From positions 348,515 through 412,514 of the IMG/VR virus record IMGVR_UViG_3300011989_000257: a stretch of DNA of 64,000 bases; one strand, written 5' to 3'. Source of the DNA: a virus (Duplodnaviria > Caudoviricetes). Positions 11,614-21,669 of this stretch are shown piece after piece. Numbering within the stretch: position 1 is the stretch's first letter; each line of letters begins with the position of its first letter. The notes below the pieces were generated by a model. The model was not told the DNA's origin. It made no database searches and saw only the letters and a program-made list of their open reading frames with translations. A program made the translations under genes and the position numbers.

Positions 11614-13599
11614 TTAAATGGTTTTAACCCTAATTTTTATATCATCTCCATCTGGATTCTTTATCTCATACATGCTGTTGTAATCACTATACAAAACTTT
11701 ATCAGTAGCATTTAAATCCAATTGTTTTTGTCCCTCAAACATGCTTTCAGTAGGAGTGTCACAGCTACTACCTTCCACTATCGTTGGTAAAGGGCATATA
11801 TCTTCACTATAGCCGTTGCCGTGCAATGTATACACTTTAAGGCTGATGATACTGATTACGCCATCTTGCGTATTGATTTCTTTCTCCAAATCACCGACAA
11901 ATATATCCTCACCCATGTCATGATTATTAACATTGAAATAATCCTTAATCTTCTCTATGACATTTGAAACGACATTGGCTGTGTTGTAATTTTTGTCAGT
12001 AAACAAATCAACTGCAACTCCGATATTATAGATTCTTCCGCTTCTAATTTCAATGTAATCATTTATCTGCTTGTAATTGGTCATGTACTCCTTTATATTA
12101 TCAACCAATGTACTTGGTAGATAAGATGTCAATTTTCCTTCTCCATCTAGTCCAAGCATATCAATCTCTATCTTGTTATTAGTTTCCACAACACTGCTTC
12201 TGAATGGAGCACCATATTTAGGAGGCATCTGCATAAGTTTAACCTTATAGTCCTTAACAGTCACAGCACGGTTCTGTGATGATGTATTGTACTTCATAAG
12301 AGCCTTTATTTCATCTGTTGATGGTTCGTCTTTACCAGCCAATGCTGTTGAAATATTTGTGACTTTCATGGAATTAATTACATTACCTCTAATAGTACCG
12401 TTAGTACCTTCCACATTGCCCCAATCTATGTTTGCGACTGTAATTTTGTTGATTGAACCAGGTCCTAAATTAGTTGATATTCCTCCACCTACACGATAAA
12501 GTATGAACATAGTCCATCCTTCTTTTGGTAGTACCCCTAACATATCATTATTAATAATTCTAGAGGCTATGTATTGACCATATGTTGTAGTATTACTAGG
12601 AACTGTCTCGTATCCATTTCCAGCACCAAATATTACCTTCATATAGCCATTATCTGTAAATTCCGTGATGAACTTCTGAGTTAATGGTTTCCACTTACCA
12701 CGATAATATCTAGTTGTTCTTGTAGTGGTGCTATCACCCTCAGTATCATCATCATATACCTCTGGATTATATATATCCTTAATTATATTATTATCAATCT
12801 TATTGAATTCGCTTCCAAACCTCCATTGGTCTGCCAATGAATCACATTCAAAAAAACGATATGTCATTACAGCAGCACTTGTAGTCCTAAATTCTTCAGA
12901 ATCAATATAATATTCATATATCTCTGGATTTTCATTAAAATCAGAAGATTCTTTAAATATTATTGATTCTACATTCATAACATTTGATTCTGGCAATACA
13001 AATTCCATAAACGGCTGAAGGTCTGATGAATATATAACTTTCTTATATACCTTGGTATTTCCATTTACAGCAATAGTAGACTTGGTAACAGTATATCCTG
13101 TAATATTACCATTATTGTCTCTAGACGCAACTATTTTTCTATTAGAATAGCCATTCTCATTGAATTGTTCAGCAAAATTCACATTTTCCATTAGTTCAAA
13201 GTTATATGCCCCAGCAGAAACGATACTAGTTTTCTGTAATATTGGAGCATATTGCCAATCTGGGACAGATATATTTGTACTATTAACTGGCAGTTCACAA
13301 CTAATTTCTATTTCGCATGTAGATGCTTTACGTCCTGGAATCTTCAATCCATTAGTTCTAGCCATATTCAATACAGTGCTTCTAAGATTCGCACTATCAA
13401 GATTAGTTTCTTGGTACATTCTATCCGTATGGTAACTTAAGTCATCACCAACTGCTGAAACAAGGTCGATAAACCATGAACCAATGCTAGAATCATTAAA
13501 ATCATTGAATATTTCTGGATAATATTGATTACTGAATTTTAATAATTCTTCTTTTATACCTTCAAAATCTCGTTGCAAATAATTTATCTTTTTTTCCAT
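11614..13599 (-). CDS. Baseplate wedge subunit (T4 gp6-like)
   Basis: N-terminal YLQRDFEGIKEEL...DDLSYHTD...QE and C-terminal QNRAVTVKDY, typical of gp6/baseplate J; adjacent to gp25-like gene. Confidence 0.85.
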   Translation of the reverse strand: MEKKINYLQRDFEGIKEELLKFSNQYYPEIFNDFNDSSIGSWFIDLVSAVGDDLSYHTDRMYQETNLDSANLRSTVLNMARTNGLKIPGRKASTCEIEISCELPVNSTNISVPDWQYAPILQKTSIVSAGAYNFELMENVNFAEQFNENGYSNRKIVASRDNNGNITGYTVTKSTIAVNGNTKVYKKVIYSSDLQPFMEFVLPESNVMNVESIIFKESSDFNENPEIYEYYIDSEEFRTTSAAVMTYRFFECDSLADQWRFGSEFNKIDNNIIKDIYNPEVYDDDTEGDSTTTRTTRYYRGKWKPLTQKFITEFTDNGYMKVIFGAGNGYETVPSNTTTYGQYIASRIINNDMLGVLPKEGWTMFILYRVGGGISTNLGPGSINKITVANIDWGNVEGTNGTIRGNVINSMKVTNISTALAGKDEPSTDEIKALMKYNTSSQNRAVTVKDYKVKLMQMPPKYGAPFRSSVVETNNKIEIDMLGLDGEGKLTSYLPSTLVDNIKEYMTNYKQINDYIEIRSGRIYNIGVAVDLFTDKNYNTANVVSNVIEKIKDYFNVNNHDMGEDIFVGDLEKEINTQDGVISIISLKVYTLHGNGYSEDICPLPTIVEGSSCDTPTESMFEGQKQLDLNATDKVLYSDYNSMYEIKNPDGDDIKIRVKTI

Positions 13600-13988
13600 T
13601 ATACTTGTACTACTATGCTGTCATTAGTTATTTTATTCCCTTCTGTAACACTATAATCAAGTCTCACATATATTTCTGATTCATCTTCTTCATTCTTAAC
13701 CACTTGTATATTGTTAAGTGTTATATCGTTAGACCACCTTCTAACTGATTCACTCACTTCATTTTTAACTGATTCCCATGTCACCCCTTCATTTGGGTCA
13801 AATATGAATTTGATAAGGTCTGTTCCAAACTCAGGCAGCCTAATCCTCTGCCCTTTAGGAGTGAATACGATATGCATAATCTCGCTTCTAGCCTTTTCCT
13901 TTGGAGTATCGTTTGTGTCGATGAAAAAGTGCTGAAATCCATCTGTACGAAAAGGGTATTTTATACCAAAATATTGTCTTTTAGCCAT
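13599..13988 (-). CDS. Baseplate wedge/sheath initiator (T4 gp25-like)
   Basis: FTPKGQRIRLPEFGTDL...FDP motif of the GPW_gp25 family. Confidence 0.9.
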   Translation of the reverse strand: MAKRQYFGIKYPFRTDGFQHFFIDTNDTPKEKARSEIMHIVFTPKGQRIRLPEFGTDLIKFIFDPNEGVTWESVKNEVSESVRRWSNDITLNNIQVVKNEEDESEIYVRLDYSVTEGNKITNDSIVVQV

Positions 13989-14109
13989 TATCTCAAAAAT
14001 TATTTATAATAAGTATATAAAAAATAATTTTTTAAACCATTAAAATAAATAAAATTTAGGTAAATACCTTTTAACGAAAACTACTATTTATTAAAAAAAA
14101 TATACAAAC

Positions 14110-16050
14110 ATGAGTACAGGATTAATAGTTTTAATTGTTTTCATCATCCTTATAATAGGATGTGTTGTTTGGTTCTTTATAAATAATAAGAAACCAGACC
14201 CAACACCAGTACCTGATACTGGTGACACCCCTGACACAGGAGACACACCAACACCACCTACTCCAGACCCTGACCCACAGCCAGACCCTGACACTGGTGA
14301 CACACCTGACACTGGAGATACACCAACTCCTCCAGAACCAGAACCTCCTTGCATTTGTGAAAGTGAGACACATAGAATTCAAGATTCTATACCATCAGGT
14401 GTAACATCTGAGCCAATACAAGTTGGTACATATGACAATGGCAATATGTGTGAATGCACGTGGTCTGTCATAGGAGTGAAGACTGGTGAGGATTTCCTTA
14501 AGGATTTCAAATTCGAAGACGGAAAGATATTCGCCATCGTGTCAAAGACTAATGACGGTGAGGAAAGAACCACAAGATACATAACACATCTAGAAGGTGA
14601 GAATGTATCTAAGGATGACTATTTCGATGTAACCCAGAAAAGTGGTATTGACAAGGAATTTGAGACATATGTCGATGCGTTCAAGGAATATGCTGTCATT
14701 GCTAGAAGCGGTGCAACATATAACTATCTGAAGGTGTTATATGATGAGGCAAAGAATCAGTTCAACGAGGTTGACTCTACAAATGGTGTACCACAGTTAT
14801 ACAAAGAGGAGAATTTCCCTAACATATATAACATATACGGCAACGATGGCACAGAAAGCAAGGGATTCATCAGTATGGTGGGATGGTTATTTGCACTTCA
14901 ATTGTCAGAACTAAAGCCAAGATACAGGTCATATATGCTTAAGATTGGCTATGAACTTGGTGGGTATGACAGATATTCAAACATATATGGTTATAAGTTC
15001 AAGGCAGACCCTAATGTGGCAAGATTGGTTGCTTCCACACTATACAGCAGTATGAGGTCTTTGAAGAAACCTAATGTTGATGCGATGAGGGCTGAAATTG
15101 GTGGTAGCAAATATGACCAATCTCTTGAAGTATTGAGTAAAAGCAGCAGAGATGCTGTGAGCAAGGGAGATTTCTTCATTGACTTCAGGAAGTTCCTTCC
15201 AACAGCGCCTGGTCCTTATGCTCCTGGATATACAACACGTCCTGATGAGACATTCCCAAATGAGAAGAAGGAGAGCAACAAGAACTTGTCAGTAGATGCT
15301 GCAATACACGAAATGGTTGTGCAGACATACAATATGAACAGCGTAGAATATTCTGCAAGCAGTGTGCAAGCAATTGCTGATGAGGAATGCTGTAAGTATC
15401 ACGTATTTGGCAAAGATAAGGTAATAGGTCAATACAAGTTCCATCCAGTATTTGGAAAGGAGACCATAGGCACTGAAATATCTCCTGATAAATATGTAGG
15501 GGGATTGGCTGAGCTTATGCTTTATGTTGCAAGCGCATCAAGGGGTATAATGCAGAGTGCCACTGTTAACCCTAAACAATATGGTAGATTAAGACCTGGC
15601 TGTTCTTGGCAACAAGAGGCGAAAAAGAACTCTACAACCGATGACAGAAGAAACGTATTGTGTGAGATTGACATTGAAGACAATGATGGCTGTAAGGAGA
15701 CTGCAAACTCAGTAGGATACTACAACAAGGATGGCGTTTGGGTATACACGCAAGCACAAGAGGACAAGTATTGCGAGACGAAGAAGAATTCGCTTTATGC
15801 CAACTCATATCCTTCAGGTCACTCAAGTGGTATGTGGGGCGCTGCAATGATGCTTGTTGAATTGTTCCCAGAGAAGGCTGACAAGATTATGAAGGAGGCA
15901 AACCAGTTCGCTATCAACAGAACTATTGTAAGGTGGCACTGGACTTCAGATACAATTAACGGTAGGGTGCTTGGTGGAGCAACACACGCTGTATGTCACG
16001 CAACAAGCGACTATGATACAATGTTAAATAAGGCTAAGAAAGAGCTTTAA
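14110..16050 (+). CDS. Membrane-anchored PAP2-superfamily (class A acid phosphatase-like) protein
   Basis: N-terminal TM helix, Pro/Asp/Thr linker, catalytic motifs KQYGRLRP, SYPSGH and NRTIVRWHWTSD. Confidence 0.85.
   Translation: MSTGLIVLIVFIILIIGCVVWFFINNKKPDPTPVPDTGDTPDTGDTPTPPTPDPDPQPDPDTGDTPDTGDTPTPPEPEPPCICESETHRIQDSIPSGVTSEPIQVGTYDNGNMCECTWSVIGVKTGEDFLKDFKFEDGKIFAIVSKTNDGEERTTRYITHLEGENVSKDDYFDVTQKSGIDKEFETYVDAFKEYAVIARSGATYNYLKVLYDEAKNQFNEVDSTNGVPQLYKEENFPNIYNIYGNDGTESKGFISMVGWLFALQLSELKPRYRSYMLKIGYELGGYDRYSNIYGYKFKADPNVARLVASTLYSSMRSLKKPNVDAMRAEIGGSKYDQSLEVLSKSSRDAVSKGDFFIDFRKFLPTAPGPYAPGYTTRPDETFPNEKKESNKNLSVDAAIHEMVVQTYNMNSVEYSASSVQAIADEECCKYHVFGKDKVIGQYKFHPVFGKETIGTEISPDKYVGGLAELMLYVASASRGIMQSATVNPKQYGRLRPGCSWQQEAKKNSTTDDRRNVLCEIDIEDNDGCKETANSVGYYNKDGVWVYTQAQEDKYCETKKNSLYANSYPSGHSSGMWGAAMMLVELFPEKADKIMKEANQFAINRTIVRWHWTSDTINGRVLGGATHAVCHATSDYDTMLNKAKKEL
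14212..14334 (+). repeat. Coding repeat (PDTGDT)2-PTPP present twice in the phosphatase linker
   Basis: Two imperfect ~48-nt copies beginning at 14212 and 14287. Confidence 0.9.
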
Positions 16051-16051
16051 G

Positions 16052-16084
16052 AAAAAAGCGTAGGAACAATCCTACGCTTTTTTT
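16052..16084. terminator. Bidirectional intrinsic terminator
   Basis: aaaaaagcgtagga-acaa-tcctacgctttttt between convergent genes. Confidence 0.85.
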
Positions 16085-16086
16085 AT

Positions 16087-16707
16087 TCAATATATTGTCC
16101 AAATTTCCATAAATTTATTAAAATCATCGTATGGTATAATAGAATAACCATTATCGCCATAAGACCTTCCCCATGAATTCCTTATAATAAATCCATCTTC
16201 ATTATATCCGACAATGGCAACAGCATGACCACCTTCATAATCTCCATAAGCACTATCCCAAAATTCAGTTACCCTTGAATCGTATACTGGTAATGCCCCT
16301 ACACATGGTCCATTTAATATAAGGGCTTGTTTTAAACAAATCATACTACCAATTGTGGCATATCTATCTATAGTCTCAACACCTTCCTTAGTTGATACAC
16401 CCTCATGTTTTAAAAACTTAAGTCCATCCTTAAACGTCATTCCTTCACTGCTTTTAACAGAACTGCTGTCAAATATCTCTTGTAAATCAACTTCATTATC
16501 GACTTTATTTTCTCCAGTATCTGTATTTATTACCCAATTTATATAGGCAGACAATGAGCAAGGAACGCATATAGGCTTATTTCCTTGGTCAATAACTGAT
16601 GGAAGGTATTTCTTGTATGAATACTCAATTGGTATTTCAAAGTCCCTAATTTTCTTGAACTTTGTTTCAGACCCATCCATCTTCGAAGGTACAAATCCGT
16701 AATTCAT
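16087..16707 (-). CDS. Papain-like (C1) cysteine peptidase
   Basis: DQG...ICVPCS (Gln/Cys), GGHAVAIVGY (His), IRNSWG (Asn). Confidence 0.9.
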   Translation of the reverse strand: MNYGFVPSKMDGSETKFKKIRDFEIPIEYSYKKYLPSVIDQGNKPICVPCSLSAYINWVINTDTGENKVDNEVDLQEIFDSSSVKSSEGMTFKDGLKFLKHEGVSTKEGVETIDRYATIGSMICLKQALILNGPCVGALPVYDSRVTEFWDSAYGDYEGGHAVAIVGYNEDGFIIRNSWGRSYGDNGYSIIPYDDFNKFMEIWTIY

Positions 16708-16709
16708 AG

Positions 16710-17036
16710 TTAATCCTTAATTATACGCTTTGTTATTTTCACACTGTCATTCATCAACTCCTCTACCTTATACACGGTCTCATATCTGCCGTTTGATTTC
16801 ATATAGAGGAAAAGTGAATGCTTGTCCCTTGACTCATATTCCTTAAGCCCAAGGAACTTCCATTCGGTCAAACTCTTAGGTAATGTATCTGCAACACACA
16901 TCGAATCAAACTGTACATATGAATATTTACCTTTCATTGTATTGACCATGACATCTCCCTTGTCTATCTTCTCAATCACCTTCGGATTGCAAGAAAGGAA
17001 GAAAATACACATTATTATATATATTATATTCCTCAT
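16710..17036 (-). CDS. Putative lipoprotein
   Basis: Signal peptide with lipobox-like FFLSC. Confidence 0.65.
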   Translation of the reverse strand: MRNIIYIIMCIFFLSCNPKVIEKIDKGDVMVNTMKGKYSYVQFDSMCVADTLPKSLTEWKFLGLKEYESRDKHSLFLYMKSNGRYETVYKVEELMNDSVKITKRIIKD

Positions 17037-17064
17037 ATCTATAAATATAAAAAGGTAGCCATTT

Positions 17065-17559
17065 CTAGCTACCTTTCTTCCAAAATAAATGAGTTATATC
17101 CTCAAAATCAATCTGTTCAACGCCCTCACTCTCAAAAATCTTATGTTTCAGCTTATAAAGTTTTTGATTTGTGGTTTTTTTATTCAATCCACCCAATTCC
17201 TCATCGTAATGTCCTAACTTAATGTAATCGAAATAATGGAAATTGATACTTTTATAATACGAATCTCTTCCACTATACCACCCAACCTTTAGGTGTTTAT
17301 TATCATGCACATATTCTGCTAAATCTTGTATTGCTTGTGGCTCAGCGTCTCCACCCATAAAGCATACAGTTGTAATGCCGTTATTTTTCTCTATCAGCCT
17401 ATCCAATTCTTCAGTAGTCAACTCAGTACCTATATCTTCCCATAGGAACTTTGAATGACATCCTTTACAATGGCAAGGGCAATTGGTTATGTTAACCGCC
17501 AACGTTATCTCATTTGGTATTTCCTCAAATACCACCATTGCATTATAATATTTTACCAT
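17065..17559 (-). CDS. nrdG: Anaerobic ribonucleotide reductase activating enzyme (radical SAM)
   Basis: CPCHCKGC motif, MGGD, next to nrdD; likely start MVKYY at 17559. Confidence 0.9.
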   Translation of the reverse strand: MVKYYNAMVVFEEIPNEITLAVNITNCPCHCKGCHSKFLWEDIGTELTTEELDRLIEKNNGITTVCFMGGDAEPQAIQDLAEYVHDNKHLKVGWYSGRDSYYKSINFHYFDYIKLGHYDEELGGLNKKTTNQKLYKLKHKIFESEGVEQIDFEDITHLFWKKGS

Positions 17560-17564
17560 AAAAC

Positions 17565-17807
17565 TTATATTTCTCTTTTTGGTATTTTTGTTCCATCTAA
17601 TACATATAATCCGCATTCGCATTTACCCTTTATAGTATAATCTGTACAAGGGCAATGCAAATCCTTTCCTTCATAATCCTCAGAATTGTGTACGCAAGGG
17701 CACAGTCTTTCGTTTTTCTCACACCTTTTAAGTATTGCATTCACAACCTTATCGTTCGGGTTCAGAACCCATCCTTCTTTTCTAAGTATCTGTATCATAT
17801 CAATCAT
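17565..17807 (-). CDS. Ferredoxin:thioredoxin reductase catalytic-subunit-like protein
   Basis: LNP...CPC...CPC...CECGLY signature; start at 17807 or 17798. Confidence 0.85.
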   Translation of the reverse strand: MIDMIQILRKEGWVLNPNDKVVNAILKRCEKNERLCPCVHNSEDYEGKDLHCPCTDYTIKGKCECGLYVLDGTKIPKREI

Positions 17808-17819
17808 TCTAAGATTAAA

Positions 17820-17849
17820 ATTGGGTACTGATTGAGTACCCAAATTATT
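17820..17849 (-). terminator. Hairpin/terminator after nrdD
   Basis: ttgggtact-gattg-agtacccaa inverted repeat. Confidence 0.6.
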
Positions 17850-20041
17850 TATTCTACATTATAATATCTCATATGTTCCTCGGTCTGTCTTGCTTCATTA
17901 AATGAGCTAACACGCTTAAGATAACCTATAATTCTAGTTAAATAGTCTATATTATGGCTACCACATTTAGGACAAACATCAAGAGTATCTTTACTTATAT
18001 GACCGCAATCGTTGCAAACTGAATTCTTACAATTGAACGTGAAATAACTACACCCATATTCAGAAGCAACCCTTAGTAGTTGTCTATATTGCTCAAATGA
18101 AAGGTGTTCATTTATATTAAGGTGAGCTGCTTGTCCTCCGTCAAGATACTTTACATATTCATTACCGTGCAGTTTCATCTTATCCAATATTGAAAGACTA
18201 GTATCCTCAGGATTGAAGAAATAGCTGCTGTACATTATATGTTTTGGAGAGACATAATATCCATCCTTTTTATCCCAATTATAATTCTTATTTGAAAGAT
18301 TCTCGCCAGGTACAAACTCTGTGTTGTACATGCAATCCCTTGTCTTATCCTTTTTATTGGAAATATTAATAGTTTCAAGAATTAGATTAACAAACTCCTT
18401 GTAATCATCGTTAAGATTTGCATCTATTGAAAGGAATTCTGCTGCATCTGTTAGTCCATTAACACCAATAGTAAGATATTGTTTCTTCATATTAATGAAG
18501 CCAGCTCTATAGATGTCAAGCATATTTGCATTCAAGAAATCCTTTATAATCTCATTAAATGCCCTCTGATACTTATGAACTCTTTCAGTAATTTCAGTTA
18601 TACCGTTTGAGATATACTGATAAAGTAATTTCTTATCCTTTACTTTATTAATATCTATTTGCTGTTCTCTCTCTAGTATAATTCCTTCGTATTCCTCAAA
18701 GTATTCTCTTGCTGCATTCTGTATTACTCTGTTGAGATTAATAGTCATAACTGATTTAGAACCAGTCGCAACTGACGCAGTACCCATTGAGAATTGATGT
18801 GTTGTATGGTTATGTTCTTCATCTTCACCATCTTTAAGCGAGTTTCTTAGTCGGCAACAGCTTGATAGACTATCTGGTGAATCACTCAAATAACAGAAGA
18901 ATGAATGTCCCTCAGCCCACATTTCTGCTGTGAAATCAGCATATTCCTTATCTACTATATCGTGTCCATCTGTTAGCATTGCCATTGTTTCGACAGGGAA
19001 TGTAAGTATATATTTGGTTCTTTCTTCATTGAACCACTTCATAAACTTCTTCTGCAACCAAGACAATGTTTCCCATTTTGGCGCTGTTCCATCAGGAAAC
19101 TTGAATTCTCCAAATACACCATCGAAATAATTTTTATCAAAATAACCAACATTCCAAAAAACTGTTTGATAACCACGATTACCTGCTGGCATATTCATTG
19201 AATGCACAACTTGCTGGAACGCATTCTCGATTACTTGCTCAAGTGTTCTACTCTTTCTGTTTATCTCTACAACCTTATTAAGTATTTCGAGATAATCATC
19301 ACCATAGTCTTTTCTGATGAAATAATCCATATACATAAGGAACTCTGGGGTAGCAACTGCGCCCATAAACTGTGATGAAACCGAATATACTAGATTAATG
19401 AACTCTCCACAGTAGGACTTCAAATCAGTTGGAGCTTTAGATTGTCCTCCAATTTTTGTTAAACCATCAATTAGGAATGGATACATCGTAATTGCAACAC
19501 AATATGGATATCCTGGAGTTCCGCTTTCATCATGTTTATACAGAACATGGCTTTCTAAGTCTTTTATATATTGGTCTGCAAGTTTTTTAGAATACAATGC
19601 TTTTATTTTATTGTGCATTATATATCTATTTTGTTGAATGTTTTTCCCTTTATGTAGTTCTTGACCCAAGGTAACAACGTTTTTGTTCTCGACATTGGCG
19701 TTTGAATCATATTTAGAACCAGTTGAGGCATTTGACGCACTGATATAATCCCTTATGAAGTCACTATCCTTTTTAAGGACTTTATCCTTGTCTTGTTTCT
19801 CTTCAAATTTCTTAATATATTCTCTTGCAACTTTTTTATTTACTGACATCAATGCTTCTTCAACTTGTCTTCTGATTTCATTTGAAGAAATCTTGTCATA
19901 AATAAAAAGATTATCTATTAGAGATTCAATTAATCCATCTGGACATACTTCTTTTACTGCTGTATATGCCTCACAGATTCCATGTTTCACCTTATCAGAA
20001 TTGTATTCTTCAAAGGTACTATCACTTTTTCTTACTTCCAT
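17849..20041 (-). CDS. nrdD: Class III anaerobic ribonucleoside-triphosphate reductase
   Basis: N-terminal ATP cone, SCCRL finger loop, CNDC/CPKC Zn site, RIIGYL glycyl-radical motif. Confidence 0.95.
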   Translation of the reverse strand: MEVRKSDSTFEEYNSDKVKHGICEAYTAVKEVCPDGLIESLIDNLFIYDKISSNEIRRQVEEALMSVNKKVAREYIKKFEEKQDKDKVLKKDSDFIRDYISASNASTGSKYDSNANVENKNVVTLGQELHKGKNIQQNRYIMHNKIKALYSKKLADQYIKDLESHVLYKHDESGTPGYPYCVAITMYPFLIDGLTKIGGQSKAPTDLKSYCGEFINLVYSVSSQFMGAVATPEFLMYMDYFIRKDYGDDYLEILNKVVEINRKSRTLEQVIENAFQQVVHSMNMPAGNRGYQTVFWNVGYFDKNYFDGVFGEFKFPDGTAPKWETLSWLQKKFMKWFNEERTKYILTFPVETMAMLTDGHDIVDKEYADFTAEMWAEGHSFFCYLSDSPDSLSSCCRLRNSLKDGEDEEHNHTTHQFSMGTASVATGSKSVMTINLNRVIQNAAREYFEEYEGIILEREQQIDINKVKDKKLLYQYISNGITEITERVHKYQRAFNEIIKDFLNANMLDIYRAGFINMKKQYLTIGVNGLTDAAEFLSIDANLNDDYKEFVNLILETINISNKKDKTRDCMYNTEFVPGENLSNKNYNWDKKDGYYVSPKHIMYSSYFFNPEDTSLSILDKMKLHGNEYVKYLDGGQAAHLNINEHLSFEQYRQLLRVASEYGCSYFTFNCKNSVCNDCGHISKDTLDVCPKCGSHNIDYLTRIIGYLKRVSSFNEARQTEEHMRYYNVE

Positions 20042-20228
20042 TAAAGCAAAACTTTATTTCCGTTATTTTATTATTTTAGATTCGGTTAACCATTATTTTA
20101 TTTTTACATCTGATGTTAAAATAAATATGATTTCAAACTATAAAAAACAATCAAAAATAAAAAAAATTGGTCATCAATTTTATAAGTTTCTGATAACCAA
20201 TTTATAGTGATTGAAAAAGATAAAAAAA

Positions 20229-21635
20229 TTATTTTTTATCGTTTTTACTTGCTAAAAAAACTTCTTTTTGAATATTTAGTTTAGTTTCTTCTTGTTTTTG
20301 TTTAAGTTCGAACAAACTATCCAATTCATTAACATTATCAGTACTTATACGGCATGTTCCATTGTTAAATTCCACATTGTTAAAGACTTTTCCAGACTTT
20401 CCTGCACGATTTTTCAATATTGCAATAGTTGCTTTGTTATTGGCGATATCATCCACTGTCCTTGCAATTGACAATATAATGTGGGCAATCTGTGCTTTCT
20501 TAACTGACCCACCAATTTTATCCATTGTAACAAGTTCAAGATTGATTGAATCTTTAGTACCTTGAGATGGAATCCACATTGCAATATTGAGTTCACCAAC
20601 CATTGCCTCGAATATTCTCATTGTCTTGCCTTCTTTTTCAAACTCATTACTTGCATCACGGCTTGGTTCATGTGCAAGACATTCAAAGTAATCCACTATA
20701 ACAAGGTCAGGTTTAAACCCACTATTCGTAAGTTTGATAATGAACCTTTTGATGTCTCTTGCAGTCTTTTCACCACTTGGAAATTTAACAATTCTAAGAT
20801 TCTCGTTAAGTTTATCCTTATCTGGGAAATTCTCTATAGCAGCCTTTACCAAATCAATGTTATCTGGTTTTGATAAATCTTTTGCTTCAACCCCAGTAAT
20901 ACGTCCAAGATGCTTTCTTTGAATCTGCTTGATTCTATCCTCAAACACTATTTGCAATACCTTCCAACCATTACATGCAGCATGGGAAGCCATTGCAGTA
21001 GTCATACTACTTTTTCCGAATCCTGAAGGACCGATTATAACACCTAACTCTCCCTTGCCAAGACCTCCTTCAAGTGTTTCATCAATTTTGCCAATACCAG
21101 TTGGAATTGGTATTCTATAATCATCTGATAAGGTTTCGTTTATATGGTCAAATGGTTTTTCGCCAAAATCATTATGTAATCCTTGCGTCATTGCATCATT
21201 TAGCAACCCCACACATGCATCATACTTATCAGTATCACCATTCCCAGCAATTCTTAATATTTCATTAGCTGTCTTTACAATATTCTGTTGCCTAAAGAAC
21301 TTCTCAGCCTTCTCCCTTATTCTATCCACACCTTCACTTGTGGTATTTTTAATCTTTTCAATAATTGCGAGATATGTTTCAATCTCTTTGTCAGAGTGTG
21401 AAATATCTCGCAATTCAATTTCCATCATTTCATAAGAAGGGACATTACCCTCTCTTTCGAAATAATTTTTCATAACACCAACAAATGTCTTGAGGTTTGG
21501 GTCAGTAAACATATTCTGGTCTACTATACTGCACAAATCCTCAAAAAAAGTGTGGTTTTCCATAAACTCATGAGCTAGTCTATATTGAAATTTTTCTCCT
21601 AGAAATCCTAGGTCTTTCTTGTTATTTTGAGCCAT
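20229..21635 (-). CDS. dnaB: DnaB-like replicative helicase (T4 gp41-like)
   Basis: PTG..IDETLEGGL..GEL, Walker A GPSGFGKS, IVDY, KNRAG. Confidence 0.9.
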   Translation of the reverse strand: MAQNNKKDLGFLGEKFQYRLAHEFMENHTFFEDLCSIVDQNMFTDPNLKTFVGVMKNYFEREGNVPSYEMMEIELRDISHSDKEIETYLAIIEKIKNTTSEGVDRIREKAEKFFRQQNIVKTANEILRIAGNGDTDKYDACVGLLNDAMTQGLHNDFGEKPFDHINETLSDDYRIPIPTGIGKIDETLEGGLGKGELGVIIGPSGFGKSSMTTAMASHAACNGWKVLQIVFEDRIKQIQRKHLGRITGVEAKDLSKPDNIDLVKAAIENFPDKDKLNENLRIVKFPSGEKTARDIKRFIIKLTNSGFKPDLVIVDYFECLAHEPSRDASNEFEKEGKTMRIFEAMVGELNIAMWIPSQGTKDSINLELVTMDKIGGSVKKAQIAHIILSIARTVDDIANNKATIAILKNRAGKSGKVFNNVEFNNGTCRISTDNVNELDSLFELKQKQEETKLNIQKEVFLASKNDKK

Positions 21636-21669
21636 TAAAAACCACTCTTTTTAAATCAAATTATTTTCC

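Noticed and set aside
35-13935. Plus-strand ORFs of 60-130 aa opposite the structural genes, and similar shadow ORFs elsewhere
   Set aside because: Antisense shadows of long minus-strand genes; no motifs or expression signals.
14212-14334. Possible CRISPR-like or DGR repeat
   Set aside because: In-frame coding repeat with synonymous variation; no spacers, cas genes or reverse transcriptase in the window.
14091-14382. Gly/Ser/Val-rich minus-strand ORFs
   Set aside because: Reverse complement of the Pro/Asp/Thr linker repeat of the phosphatase gene.
17849-21635. Introns, inteins or homing endonucleases in nrdD or helicase
   Set aside because: Both ORFs are continuous, of normal length, and show no intein or HNH/LAGLIDADG motifs.
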